This document shows, piece after piece, positions 11,861 through 25,608 of a DNA stretch of 64,000 nucleotides. Every line of letters starts with the position of its first letter. The first letter of the stretch is position 1. A program made the translations under genes and the position numbers. The stretch is from Magallana gigas (Eukaryota), in NCBI RefSeq assembly GCF_963853765.1, contig NC_088855.1, positions 41,602,001 through 41,666,000 of the forward strand, in the 5' to 3' direction. Under the pieces are notes generated by a model, which was given only the letters and a program-made list of their open reading frames with translations, ran no database searches and had not been told where the DNA came from.

Positions 11861-13730
11861 TATGTTGTTATCGGCGGCCATGAAAAACATGACTACTAGT
11901 ATATAGCAGGGACCACATTCATGGGGGTGTAATATTTAACAATTCAGTGCCAGTCAAAATCAAGAACAATTTTTTATACAAAAATACAGAAATGTTGTTT
12001 ATGTATTTCAGTAATACTGGAACAATCTATGAAATTTTTATGCAATAAATCTTGTTTAGAAAAGTTTGAATTATTTATAACCAACCCCTTGTGGGTACCA
12101 GAATTGGACCGCAATATGGGATCCACAGATTTTATGTTTATATATTTAAAAAAGAAAACATTCTAATGTAAAACGTCAATACAACAGTTTTTGAAATCGA
12201 TACTGCAATCTAATTAAAATTAGACATCTAAGATACGCTATACATTAGACTTGTACCTAACCTGTCTACAATACGCTGTACAAGATTTTGTGTAGTGTAT
12301 CATAGAGGAGCGGTTTTAGAAGTCATAATTAGATTGATCGATATTGGATTAATCTATTGCAGTAAAAGTCGCCTATATAGGGAATCTGGATACCGATGTA
12401 AGAAAATTTTGGCATAAAGGAACTTTATCATGTTTATTTCTTTTCCTCATTAGTTATATTTTAACGAAGTCTATGAATATAAATGATTTTGCTTCCTCCT
12501 GACTAAGGACTTCCTAATAAGCAAAGTTTACTTTATTATGTATTTTTGGAGTTTTTTAACATTACCTGTGATGTAATGTTTATAAATCTAGTATTAATTT
12601 CATAGGAAATATATCTGTATAATAAGATACTTGTACGACCATTGCTGGTAAATAATCAGTATGAAAGGGTTACAGAAATACACTTGTACATTTATGAGTT
12701 CTTTTATACTTTTTTGATTTTGCAAATTGAAACAGTTTGTATTTTAGCCATAATGATTGTTGTCCATGGGTGATGTGGCCCTGATCCTGTTGTTGTTTCT
12801 TTTTTTTATAAATAAATTAATTTGAATTATTTAGGTGTCTATGTTGTTTAATCATGCTTAACAAATTTTCTGTATGTTTGTTGCATGTGCATATCATGTT
12901 CTAAATTTGTATATTAAAAGTTTACAACAAGACATATTAGATGTACAAAAATGAAAAATGAATTGGATTTTTTTAATATTAGTATTTGGGTGATCTTCTG
13001 GGAGAGAATAAAACATTAAAATACTAGTAGCTTATCATGTGTAGTTCAACGTTTACATAGTCCACGATCTCTAGGTCTTGTCTCACCCTTTAAGTTTTAC
13101 ATGAAAATTTGAATGTAATTATGTAATGATTAGAAGCATAAGTTTAAAAAGTTAGATTAATCAATATCCTTAACTTTTAATCTGCCAGTGGTTTCTTTGT
13201 ACACGCAAGAATCGTGCAGAAGGAAAACGGAAAATAAATTCTTTATGGCTTGTATACGTCCCTTTCTTAATTATGAGTATTCTTTCAATTTCCAACATTG
13301 GCAATTCCTTATGCACATTAATTATTCTTTGATATATTTTCAAGTCCTTTCTATATTATATCTAATAAACAACGTTCGGAGATTCTCCTTTACTTGTCCT
13401 GATCAGTTGAGATTCAAGATCGACATAGATCTAAAAGACGCAGGCACGTAACATCGCAACATTGCACAATCATGCTGAGACAGTCACTCGAAGTTGTCTG
13501 TAAAGGTCTTTACTCGCATTGATAATAAAGCTTGAAGAATAAACATTAAAAAGTTTTAATTATTTTGATGTAAGTAAAGCAAAAATATCCTACACAAAAA
13601 TTCTAGTGTGGTAAAAGAAACATCCGGATATTGTGTTCGTTCTTGTTTTGAATATTACTTATTAAACAGAGGACTTCCGAAAAATTAAGATAGGGAAACA
13701 TCAAAGAAGTAACGAATGTGTATTCGATTG

Positions 13731-13738
13731 TGACGTCA
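13731..13738 (+). promoter_or_regulatory. Palindromic CRE (TGACGTCA) just upstream of the putative aldolase-1 leader exon
   Basis: GTGACGTCAC at 13730-13739, and a donor AAG/GTATGT at 13800. Confidence 0.5.
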
Positions 13739-14191
13739 CTCGGTCAGCTTGCAGCACATCATACGATCCAAATTTGTGAGCATAAAACAGCAATAAAAGG
13801 TATGTTTTTTACAGCATTATCGCAGCAATTTACCTTCCGATAGGATTTTATGAAGGCTGAAATTTTAAAGTTTGCAGATAAAGGGGGAATACGAGGATTC
13901 CGATAGGAGTACACCGGTTGTCCTTGACATTTTCACGACTCCACTTGATGAATTCTTTCGGTAGTACGTGCCAAGGTTGTTTCAAGGAACTCTTGTTTGA
14001 TAATTTGCATACTTCTGAACGTAAAAACTTAGAATTGCGAGGTATATGTCAAAGATAGGCAGTTTTTCGTTTATTGTGCAATCATGCTGATTTGATCTGA
14101 CAATCAAGGAAGATGATGACTGTGTCTTAATCATTTTTCATTGATTTCCTGTTTATGTTCATGCATCTTCTTCTTCTTTTCCAGAGTAAAC

Positions 14192-17100
14192 ATGCCTGTT
14201 TTCCCACAGTATTTAACTCCTAAACAGGAGGAAGAGTTGAGAAACATTGCCAATGCCATTGTTGCACCAGGCAAAGGAATTCTTGCTGCTGATGAATCCA
14301 CAGGTTTTTATTATACTGTACTGGTATAAGACCAATTCTTGCCAAGGACCATTTCTCACAAGTGCATTATTACAACATTTTATCAATACCTTGAATTATA
14401 TACGAAAAATGATGTAACAATTCATTGGTGATAAATGGTCCTTGGTGAGAATTTGTCATACGCCAGTAAAGGTCTAAAGTTACAAATTGAAATAATAGAG
14501 GGTGATTTTTTAATCACTAGAAGCTATGCGTTAGCACTTGAACAATATTTACAAGTTTTCATTGTATAAACATAACTTTACTGTAAATTTGAATGATTAT
14601 TATATATTTGTACAGGTTCCATTGGGAAAAGATTTGCCCCCATAAATGTAGAAAATTCTGAAGAGAATAGAAGGCGCTACAGAGATTTGCTGTTTTCAAC
14701 TGACAAAAGCCTTTCAGAGAACATCAGTGGGGTCATCATGTTCCATGAAACATTTTATCAAAAAACCAAGGATGGAACACCATTCACAAAAGTTCTACAA
14801 GATAAGGGCATCATTCCAGGAATAAAGGTGGATAAAGGAGTGGTTCCTCTGGCTGGTACAGAAGATGAGTGCACTACTCAAGGTATGTGAGTGCAGACTG
14901 CAGAGAATAAGTAAAATCATGATTCATGCATACACTTAAATTCTTGTTTTAAAACATCTGTTGGCAGCTCACAACTTCACAGGAGTGTTCCATGAATGGG
15001 AATTTTGAGTCTATTAACCACTGCATTCTTTTACCTTTTAGTAATGTTAATTGAATGGGTATCTTAGGTCTTACATCCAATCAAAATTGCTACAGATTAA
15101 TACATTTGTATAGAATGGTATTAGGGTTTTTCTTGCAAAAGTTAGTTGGATGTTTGCCATTAATTGTCAAACTTACTGTACTAATTGTGTGGTTCTTCAA
15201 AGGTTTGGATGGATTGTCAGAAAGATGTGCACAATACAAAAAAGATGGTGCTCAGTTTGCTAAGTGGAGATGTGTTCTGAAAATCCAGCAATACACACCT
15301 TCCTACCAAGCTATGTTAGAGAATGCCAATGTCCTAGCCAGATATGCCAGTATCTGTCAACAGGTGAGATTTTAATGTGTTGCATGTATATAGGTAATTG
15401 TATCCTCTGAATGAATGCCAAGAGCTGAGAGTTGAATTTCAGATTTGGGTAATATTTAGGCCATTGAACTCAAACTATTAACTTTATACCCTGGTACATA
15501 CAAGTTGTTTGTTCAATGTTAAATGCATGTATTCATTCATTGGATGAAATATTTTTAATTTGGTTTCGTTTAAGAATGCCTTTGATTTCTATTTCAGAAT
15601 GGTCTTGTACCAATTGTGGAACCAGAGGTCTTGCCTGATGGAGAACATGATTTAGAAACTGCACAGAAAGTCACAGAACAGGTATGAATAGAAAATTGGA
15701 TAGAATTGTCAAGTTCATGGCAGCAAAGATTGGAGCAAGAACTGCAAAAAACAGTCTCTGACATATAATGCAAAATTTGTCATATTGCATCATTGTTGGC
15801 ATGTAATCAAAACTGATTCATCTGTGATATGTAAGCTAATTTCCTCATCTGTTAATAACAGGTACTTGCATTCACATATAAAGCCCTGGCGGATCACCAT
15901 GTTTACCTGGAGGGAACTTTACTCAAGCCCAACATGGTTACAGCTGGTATGAGCTGCACCAAAAAATTCTCCAAGGAGGACAATGCAAGGGCCACCATCC
16001 TTGCCCTGAGTAGAACAGTCCCTCCCGCTGTCCCAGGTAACCTTCATTTGTAAATTTTGTTTAATCTGCTTTGTATGACTCTTTTTAAAAAATATTGTCT
16101 ATATTTGAATAGTGTTACAGTGAAAGAATTTTGTTGAGAGAGAGGATTATCGGTAATGATTTACATGTAATTTAAAATAAAATCTTTATCACAATAAATG
16201 TATTACCGGTATAAATTCAGTAGTCATATGTCTCATGTGGAAGTCATTTTGCGATCAAGTCCAAATCATTTGCTTAAATTTAAGGTCAAAAAGAACAAAT
16301 TTGTTTAATTTTATAGGTCTAGGTCTAGGTCTGTTTTCACTCAAGGCTGATGAACATTTCTGTTGCACATTTTTATGATTTATGTACTGAATTCAGTAAA
16401 TTCAGTTAAAATACTGTATCAGATACCGGTATCATATTTTCAAGAGGAAAAAAACAATAATTTTTTCTTCTTTCTTACAACAAGACTTTACTTGTACTAA
16501 TATATGTATTAAAGTATTTCAATTTAACTCTGAAAAGTGTATTTTACATGATCTGTTTTTTATTAGGTGTCACCTTCTTGTCTGGGGGTCAGTCTGAGGA
16601 GGATGCCACACAGAACCTGAACCTGATTAATGCCATCAAGGGCCCCAAGCCTTGGGCTCTCACTTTCTCATTCGGGCGAGCCCTGCAGGCCTCAGTCCTG
16701 AAGGTGTGGGAAGGCAAGGATGAAAATGTGGCTAAAGCCCAGACAGAGCTTATTACAAGGGCAAAGGTTGGCTTGTTAAAAAATTCTAGTCATAATAAAA
16801 AATTGATTTCAATTTATGTTGATATTTTTATGGAGTAAATTTTTATTTAATTCATGTAGGGACTATTTTTGTAGAAGTATTAAAGAATATTCACAAATTA
16901 TGCCTTATTTGTAGTAAATTACCATTAGGCTTTCTCATTTTTGAAATATTCAGAAGGAGATCAATTTTACAAAACAAAATATGCAAATATTTTTAATGTT
17001 TCATGGTATTGACAGTAAAAAAAACCCTGTTAAAAATCAGGAAATCTTAATTGCTAAAGATATTGATGCTACAACATGTAATTCAGTTGTTTCAAAGATA

Positions 17101-17226
17101 CTCTTGCTTTATATGATTATTGTCCATCTGTAGGCTAATGGACTGGCTGCTGTTGGAAAGTACCAGGGTGGTTTGGATAGTGCTGCAGGAGGACAGTCTT
17201 TGTTCGTGGCCCAACACGCCTACTAA
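14192..17226 (+). CDS. ALDO: Fructose-bisphosphate aldolase class I, copy 1, 7 coding exons, 363 aa
   Basis: Exons 14192-14303, 14616-14882, 15203-15363, 15598-15681, 15862-16036, 16567-16766 and 17134-17226 (112/267/161/84/175/200/93 nt). Motifs [36 protein letters not shown] (Schiff-base Lys), [10 protein letters not shown] and C-terminal HAY are present. A likely non-coding leader exon ends at the donor at 13800. Confidence 0.97.
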
Positions 17227-18247
17227 ATACTCGTGTGTTTTATGACTCTTGTTGTAAAAGACACAGTCAATGCTTAGGAAATTGTTAGATCTGATACTGT
17301 TTTTCCTTTTTACATGTTGTGGATTTACAGAGTTTTATTTATTGTTAAGTGATTTTTACTGACACAAATGCTACATGTATATGTAAATCTGTTTTCTTTT
17401 CAACAAGCTTTTATATCTTTAATCGCGTAACATTTACGTAGCGTAAATTAGTTTCAAAGCAAAGCTTCTATTTAACATGTGAAAGGTTAGTCATTTTTTT
17501 TTAATATAAAGAATTGTCATCATTTTAGCAAGATTGCAATCATTTTCTTTTCTGCTTTATTTTTGAAAAGCAAATGTAAACTCTATTTTAAATTGTATCT
17601 GCTGAATATACCTCATTTTATGGATCAAAGCAGTTGAATTATCAATAATTTAATCAAAGTAATAAAGAACGGTACATACAGTGTACATTCATTTTGGAAT
17701 GTTCAATATGTTGTTTTTTTTATTGATATCTGCATAATACAATAAAAAAATAACAATTTTTTTTCTTTTTCCTTCATTGATTGTTTATTTCATAAATTAA
17801 AACATTTTCTTTCTTCACAATTACCACATACGAGAATTTAAATCGTACATGGAACCTTAAAGCAAGATCACAACAAATGTTACAGTTTGCAGATCCTCCC
17901 TGTCTGCAGATATGTAGATCCCAGGAGGTCGTCCATTCAAATTTCTTTCTAGACCTGGAGCTATAAATCCTCCAACTCTTTTGAAAGTACATGTGTTTAA
18001 CAGGTGATTACATCTGTAATTTTCTGGAAATTGTTTGATGGTTAATACAAGCCAAGAAAAACCTCCAGAAAAATTATTAGGGCATCATAGCAAGAAACAG
18101 GTTTTCTGTACATTTTTTCTACACAAACCCATCTGACAATTTTATTTGGGTGAGATCAAAGTCTTTTATCTGATGAAAACTAAGTTTCCATCCAAGATAT
18201 GGTAAGCCAATTCATTGGAAATGAACTTGCAGTACAGGATTTAATTT

Positions 18248-18623
18248 TTAACCGGGTTTTCCAACGGAAAAATGCGGGTTATTGAAATGGTGAAAATGGT
18301 GGGCGGGCGGCTGCCAAAAAGGTACCCTTATTGTACGGATAACTCCTCCTCCTGTTTTCAAGATAGGAAGTTGTTGTTTTGCAGATCAATTGAACATATA
18401 AAAGAGATGTGCATATTGCTAGGATTTTGATTTCTGATTATTTATATAAAAAATACCAGCTTTTGAACTTGGTCATTTTTTGGCAAAATATTGCATATGC
18501 GGTACTCCATTTCTCTGGATACAGTAGGTAGTGTTTATCATTTCAAGGTTGACATGGATTATGGATACAGTTCACATAAAAGAAAACCTGGTTTGCTGTC
18601 ACATTGACAGCTTTCCACTAGTT
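18248..18623 (+). mobile_element. HINE-like element of a second family (no long satellite core)
   Basis: 5' AACCGGGTTTTC and 3' GAAAACCTGGTT subterminal inverted repeats, a (GGGC)n tract near 18297, and a 3' hairpin GCTGTCA-CAT-TGACAGC followed by a TT end. Confidence 0.65.
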
Positions 18624-19246
18624 GTTATACTATTGTAAATACCACTTTGAAATTGACATCAATTTTTGAAGGTAGAGGGGAGGGGGTCTTGACAAAAATA
18701 ATTGACTTTATTATACCCTCCGGCTTATGAATATTCTATATAATTCTTACTAACAGAAAATCCAAAAAAAAATGAATATTGATTCAACCAGTCTAACAAA
18801 GAGGTATAGTGCACCTGGTATACGTTTTGCCTAAAATACACCCTTTTTCAAACATCAGTCATTTTTTAAAATATGTATTTCACAACATTCAGTTCAACTA
18901 TATTTTAAGAAACGCACATTAAACAATTACCATGTTACAAGTGTCTTAAATGTCTTCCACAACATCATTAAAATCTTCAAGTTTTGTAAGGGATAAATAG
19001 GAAAACAGTTAGTTTGTAATAAATAGTTGGATATTTGACTGTTTGAACCACTTTAAACCAAAGAAATCCGTCTAAAATTATGCTCTGCAGGTATTGTAGT
19101 CATGTTTACGTTGAATTAATTTTGGTTTAACTTGGTCTTCGTTCTAAAAAATAGACAAATATTTGAATGAGTGACCCTTTGAATACTATCTTGTATATGC
19201 ATGGGCACATACATGTATATTAATTAAAAAGACATCTTATGAAATT

Positions 19247-19315
19247 GTGTGGCCAAGTGGTAACACGTAGGTCTTTTTTGGTTTTACTGTCGCTGGATCG
19301 ATTCCACCAAGTACC
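19247..19315 (+). other. Degenerate tRNA-like / SINE head
   Basis: TGGCCAAGTGG (A-box-like) and GGATCGATTCC (B-box-like), but no anticodon stem. Confidence 0.35.
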
Positions 19316-21067
19316 ACCCTGCAAGTAAATTTTTTTTTCTTTTCACTTAAAGCATGATAAGAATAGAGAGTTTTAAAAATTACATGAATTTAATCCTCTG
19401 ATAGCTTTTTTTTTAATCAAAAACTCTTGTTTATTTTGAGTAAAAGCACGCCCAATATAAATAGACCTTTTCACCAACACTATACATGTACTCTATTTAC
19501 ACTAACATTCATTGTTATCACGGTTCAGAATATCAGTTGTTTTTATACACAGAGTTCTACATGAAAATATTCATTTCTTGATGCAGGTTTCCTAAATTTT
19601 GACTAATCAGTAGTTACAGAGTGATCGAGATATCAATTTAAGATCAGTACCTGGGTTTCGAAAATGATATTGTGACAGGTATCTGTATTTACTTTTAGCT
19701 AGTGCAGGTACTTTCCGCTCAAACACGGATGTACATGTATGTGAAATAATGGGAAAAGGCGCCATACGTTTTTGATGTTGACCAGTCTGCTGGTGGATGG
19801 TTGCTATTTGAATCATACTTGCATCTGCACTGAAGAGTATAACAAATCAGTTGTTGACTTGGCAACATCTTATTTGTTGGACCTTCAAGCAGAAATGTTG
19901 TCCTCAGCCTTATCCATTGGGCAACATTTGTGTTTTCAAGCATATCAAATTGAATCATTTTAACAAGGCCTTGGACTTTCAGTAGAATGTCACTATCTAA
20001 TTCTTGCATCAAATCAAATTAAAAATGACAATGGTTTCAAGCAAAATATATACCGATTGCGTAGTTTTAGCTCAAAGCCAGAAATAAAATATTGTTAATT
20101 TCAAAGAGGCATGCCTTTGTGACCAGCAATGAAATTGACTGGTCTATGTCACAATGCTGTTTGACACAACTACTTAAAGTCCAAGCTCTTGTTAAAATGG
20201 TTCTAAGATGTTGCCTTCATACCTATTAAATAACATTAAACTTTTGATCTAACCAATAATAGACCCACAAAGTAAAATTTAAAAAGAGAAACAAAAAACT
20301 GCTTTCATATGAATTTTATTTGAATACTGAGATGAGGACAATTTTGAGAAGTGAGAAATATGTGGACAAGCAATATGGTTGACAGCTTCTGAGCAAATAT
20401 TAATATTATAATACCACAGTATGGATATACATGTACAATTTAACACACTAACATTTGTGTTTTAAGTAGCTGACATCATATAGAATACTGAACATCAAAT
20501 CATTGAAATATAATTTATGTACATGTAATCATATCAATATACCAGTTCTATGTCTCTGACAACAGAAACCAAATTCAATGATCGTTTATACAATACATGT
20601 ATGTAAATGTTAGAACATCTACTACAACTAGGACATTGCAAATTCTTTCAATTTGTCATACATTGGTATCTGTTAGTCTTAGACTAAAATATGTATAACA
20701 GTATCTGTTTAAAACAAATAAATCTACAATAACATAAATGATGTCAGTACTATGGAATTACAAAATTCAGTTAATTCACATATTATGCTATTTTTTCCAT
20801 GATTTTTGCATCCACTACTTTGAGAATACAATGCAAAATTAAAATTAAACACTCTTGTCTACCTTATAATGAAAAACATGAAGCATTAGCTTGCCTTTAT
20901 ACCACTCATTCAACCATTGATTCATTTTTAATGGGACTTGAAATTTCTTGACTCACATGCATGAACAACAGCATCGAACAACATACATCTGTAATTGCTT
21001 CTTTGTCATACCCATGCATGTATTTGTGACTTTTGTCATGCAATGATTACAGAAACTATCACTTTCA

Positions 21068-22431
21068 TCACTTCTGCTTTTTCCTTTCTTTTTTCTGTTT
21101 AATCTCTTGCACTGATTTGTTCTTGTAATACACTGCTACCAAAAGGACAGCATTTGTAATATACGTTGACAGGCAAACAATACAGATGTCTTTCAGAATA
21201 AAATATAATATATATCCTAAATATACAGATGCCACATTGGAGAAGGCACTGAGGTAAAGCTGTGTGGAAGCTAGTCCTGGCGAGGAGGAGAAGGCTGAAA
21301 ATACAAAGACCAAAAGCTTGTATTCAGATGAAATCAAAGTTACCATTTGTGTGTATTTTAATTTTTAAAAGATATGAGTTTATGACAGACATATGATACA
21401 CTGGGCTATTATAAAATGACAGGTAATATTGTTTTCAACTTCTGGGGAGCTCAGTGGAAAAGCAATTAACAATTAAGTGATGCACTAATATATGTATAGC
21501 ATTGGATTGGGCACCTTGAACAAACAAATGAATTTCAAGATTCACAGGATTATCATAAGCACTAATACTGCATCTACCGGTAAATTAAATTTCTGTGTCT
21601 AAACCTAAAACTAGGTATACAGCGTCTGGGTTTCCAGTTCTGGACCAAACAAATATTGCTTTGAACATTCTTCCTTAATTTGTGATTAAGGAGGATTAGA
21701 AAATTTGATACTAAACCCCTTCACAATAACTGTGGTACTGCTCTCTTGCAGAGCAAATTGGAGTTTTATTATAGGTAGGAACGTGACATTAGTCTGTTTA
21801 AATAAAACCTTGAGGTTACGTCATATTTTACAATTTTGCCCTGTAAAAGAGCGGTACCACAGATACCATAAAAGGGTCTATGGAGAAACATTTTACTACT
21901 TTAAACAAATAAATATAATCACCGCCAAGACATGTGCTAACATTTAACTCCTTTCTGAATAATACAGGTATGTCCAGACACACATACTTACTTAAGGCGA
22001 TTTGAAGAGCATAAAACACAATTCCAAATATACTGTTGGGCAAGTTCAGTGGGTGGTCATCTCCAATTACAAGTCCAATTAATCCAAATCCCTTACCCCA
22101 TCTAAATTAAATAAAAAAGAGTGCAGACTTTCGTTCAGTATACGTCTGTGTTTTATTTGTTTTTCAATTCAGAAATCTGCACAGGAATTCAATTATTTAC
22201 GTTTGCTTTTCTTTTTGATTCGTGTAATCTCATGCTCCGTACATAGTGCTCTTACCTTGATTTAAAGACCTTTGAACAACTGATCGTTGCACTTATGTCA
22301 CAGCTGGCTCTGTAGTTTTTGTCGTTTTCCGCATGTATCTCGACATGCAGTGCATAAACAGACAACAATGTTCCTATAGCACAACACAAGAGAATGACAG
22401 TTTTCGATATCTTACCAGAACCACCGCGCAT
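21068..22431 (-). CDS. VKORC1: Vitamin K epoxide reductase complex subunit 1 (VKORC1/VKORC1L1 family), 3 exons, 170 aa
   Basis: Minus-strand exons 22431-22256, 22101-21992 and 21294-21068 (176/110/227 nt). Translation gives LSVYALHVE...[27 protein letters not shown]...NSIFGIVFYALQ...CIVC (redox-active CXXC)...STY and a C-terminal KKQK. Confidence 0.95.
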
Positions 22432-22934
22432 ATTTTACAATTGTAGCCTCACAGTTCACGACGATAATTTCGCGTCTTTGCCGACGTATCATTCAAAGTG
22501 AAAACGGAAGTTGGTAAAAAGCCCGATGCGTTCCAAAAGACTTTAAACGGGAAATTAAGTAATACCACAAATTATTCGTTTAGGGGGGGGGGCTATTTGC
22601 CTTTTGCGTACGTGAGATTTAAAATTTATGAGAAAAAATGTAAATAAATCTATGAACACTCAGGTGCTAAAGGTGTGTCAGTTGTATTCAGAGACATAAA
22701 TAACAATAACATGCTATTTATGTCTCTGGTTGTATTACATTTTGACAATCAACATTTTTTCACAGAATTGTTAAGAAGGCACCCGGCTTAATTATTGCTC
22801 GAATTTAAAAAGATCTAAACAATTGGCAAAATAATTTTCAAACCTTCTTTTACTGAAATTTCATTTCTGCTAACAAAAAATTACATCATGCATTAAGTCT
22901 TGTTCTCAATGAAATGTAGGGACGATACTTGGTA

Positions 22935-23074
22935 NNNNNNNNNNNNNNNNNNNNNNNNNNNNNNNNNNNNNNNNNNNNNNNNNNNNNNNNNNNNNNNNNN
23001 NNNNNNNNNNNNNNNNNNNNNNNNNNNNNNNNNNNNNNNNNNNNNNNNNNNNNNNNNNNNNNNNNNNNNNNNNN
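22935..23074. other. Assembly gap (140 N)
   Basis: Run of N. Confidence 1.
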
Positions 23075-23159
23075 TCGTAACCGATAAAAATTATTTGCGG
23101 TGAGGGAATGCCGAGTAGTTACGATTGCGATTACGGAAATGGCCGAGTAGTTATACGAT

Positions 23160-23196
<37 letters not shown>

Positions 23197-23197
23197 G
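23160..23197. repeat. (CT)n microsatellite
   Basis: Directly visible. Confidence 0.9.
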
Positions 23198-23656
23198 AGC
23201 TTTTTTTTTTCACTCATTGTCCAACGTCCGTGCATCCGTCTGTCCGTCCGTACCGTATACTGATCCCAGAGGGTAGGGTGTGGTTACAATGATAGGTCGA
23301 ATTTTCACATAGGAATACTAGAGAAATATCTTTATAAAAATCTTCTCAAAAATCAATTGTTTAGACTGTGGCATCTGGACAATTCTTTGCATCATAAGAG
23401 GTTCAAGTTTAATTTAGGTTGATATTTTTAAAAGATCTTCTTGAGAACTACATTACTCAATACGTGATATGACTATGAATTCACCTTGTTATGAAAGGGG
23501 CTCAATGTTTAACAAAGCAATACCTGAAGAGAAAATGAAAAAAAAAGAAAATATTTTTAAAAAGGAGTTGTCCATATATTTTTATGAAAATCCATAGAGC
23601 TGATTTTATCGTGGTTATTGTTGCTGAGGTGAGCGATGTGGCCCATGGGCCTCTTT
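23195..23656 (+). mobile_element. Short or deleted HINE/pearl-like element
   Basis: A GTCC-type microsatellite at about 23220-23252, remnants of core monomers, and the 3' end GAGGTGAGCGATGTGGCCCATGGGCCTCTT. Confidence 0.72.
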
Positions 23657-24276
23657 GTATCAATACATGTAATTGCAATTACTAGTACACTTACATTTTA
23701 GTCACGACGTCAAAAAAATGTTGATATCTTGTCTTGTGCAGATGTACATGTATATATAATAAGTCGTGTAAACGATAAAATTTGTCCTGCAAACGAGGAA
23801 TATGTTAAGCGAACGAGACTGATAGTTTTGCATTATATCGTTGAAAATATTTATTTTAGCCCTAAATATACCAAGAATGTTCTGAATGAATAGAAATAAT
23901 TTCTTCTTTTTTTTTGGAAAAAAATGTAATGATATCAATGTACACAATTCAACAGAAGTTTTTTTTCATTATTTTTATTTCAAACGCATTTATTTATGCA
24001 TGCTTAAATACAATAATAATTTACACCTACCGGGTATACGTATGTACACAAATTAAAAGAAATCCACTGTTGGACAAACCGACTGTACGTTGTATTCTAT
24101 TTCATTCCAAATACATCTGCATATAAATCTGCTTTTTAACTTTGTAAAAATCCTCTCATCTTGTATAATTCTTGCTCTGTACATAGATTACGAATATTTA
24201 GATACATCATGTTTTGTTTTTGTTCTTTTATTTTGTTCTCACCAATTATTTTCGGACTCATTCTGGTGTGTCTCGG

Positions 24277-25608
24277 CTAAAGCCTGGCTATTTCAGATTT
24301 CAAGGTGCTCTTGTAAAGGTCATGAACTTTGTACACTATTTTGTGACCTTCATCGAAAGCCGATCCCAGTCTGTCCTTGACACGGGAGAACCACTCTCTG
24401 ACCCTGCCATTTTGATGCACGATATTGACCTCATCAACAACATGCAACTGCATGAGCTCACAGACAGCTAGTAGATCAGCAATGGAAATTTCGCGCCCGC
24501 ACAGGAAGTTCTTGTCTTTCAGGAAGTACTGATCCAGGTGGCGCACAACGGCCTTGTTCCTCTCTCTGCAATCTTCCGCTTCCGCTTTATTGACTGGTTG
24601 CTTTGTTTCTTGCGGTAAACGGAACTAAAATATTTATTATAAATTCAAAGAGGCAAATTAATCTGAGTCAAATGTGTAATTTGTTAAACTACAATAAGAA
24701 ACTAGAGGAATTCTGACCAGTATTCTGAACAGCATGGTACCATGAAACCGAGTATTTGCATGCTGCCAATTTAGGTACTCCTGTACCCGTGCATGCGTTT
24801 CTGGAGTAGCAATAGGATACCAATGCTCCGCCAATTTGTACTTCATGCAAAGATATTGTAGAATTGCTACACTGTGTAAATGAAAGCAAAAAAAAATGTG
24901 TTTGATAGCNNNNNNNNNNNNNNNNNNNNNNNNNNNNNNNNNNNNNNNNNNNNNNNNNNNNNNNNNNNNNNNNNNNNNNNNNNNNNNNNNNNNNNNNNNN
25001 NNNNNNNNNNNNNNNNNNNNNNNNNNNNNNNNNNNNNNNNNAATCCGTCGTCGTCGATGACGGGCACCTGTTGAAACAGAGTGATCTTTGTGTACGCGGG
25101 CTTGCGATGCTCACCTGAAAAATGCAAGTGAGCGAAAAATGTGATTTATAATTTATCAGTCTTTTGTACTGGTTTTAGAGTTCAGCCACTTTGAATGGAA
25201 AAGACGATCAATGTATTTTAGATAGAAACAAAAATAAGATCTAGGTCGGTTTTTGTTGTTTAAAATAAAACATTTAAGACAGTCAGGGCGTTATCTTATA
25301 CACACTCTTACTTTCCGATGCTTTATTTTTCCTCTAAATTGCACACTTATTTATCTGCTTAATATTCTCCTCCCTTTAAAATTACGTTGAACGTTTAATA
25401 TAGTAATCGGATATGTATTTAGATTACATCATCTTAGAATAAAGCGAATAACGTAACCAAAGAACAAGTAAGAATGAAGTAATATACACCTACCATTTCT
25501 GATGGCAATTTGTATAGCTTCAAAAGGAATGTCGTTTACCTTCAGAAAAATGTACACGGCTCGAGATGGCTGAGACATTAGATCGTAATAGAGCTTTAGC
25601 TTCGCCAT
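24277..25608 (-). CDS. GSTT: Glutathione S-transferase theta-like, copy A (exon 2 runs into assembly gap)
   Basis: Exons 25608-25494, 25114-(gap at 25041), 24871-24718 and 24624-24277. Motifs LYYDLMSQPSRAV, QQVPVIDDDG, VAILQYL, EYLNWQH and ISIADLLAVCELMQ are present. The end of exon 2 and its donor are hidden by Ns. Confidence 0.9.
24910..25041. other. Assembly gap (132 N) covering the end of GSTT copy A exon 2
   Basis: Run of N. Confidence 1.

Noticed and set aside
21992-22256. Possible frameshift at the VKORC1 exon 1/2 join
   Set aside because: A recount of the C run at 22096-22099 gives AG/A TGG GGT AAG and a 110-nt exon, so the frame is intact.
22900-25127. ORFs containing runs of X
   Set aside because: They are artefacts of translation through N gaps, apart from the GSTT exon pieces already annotated.
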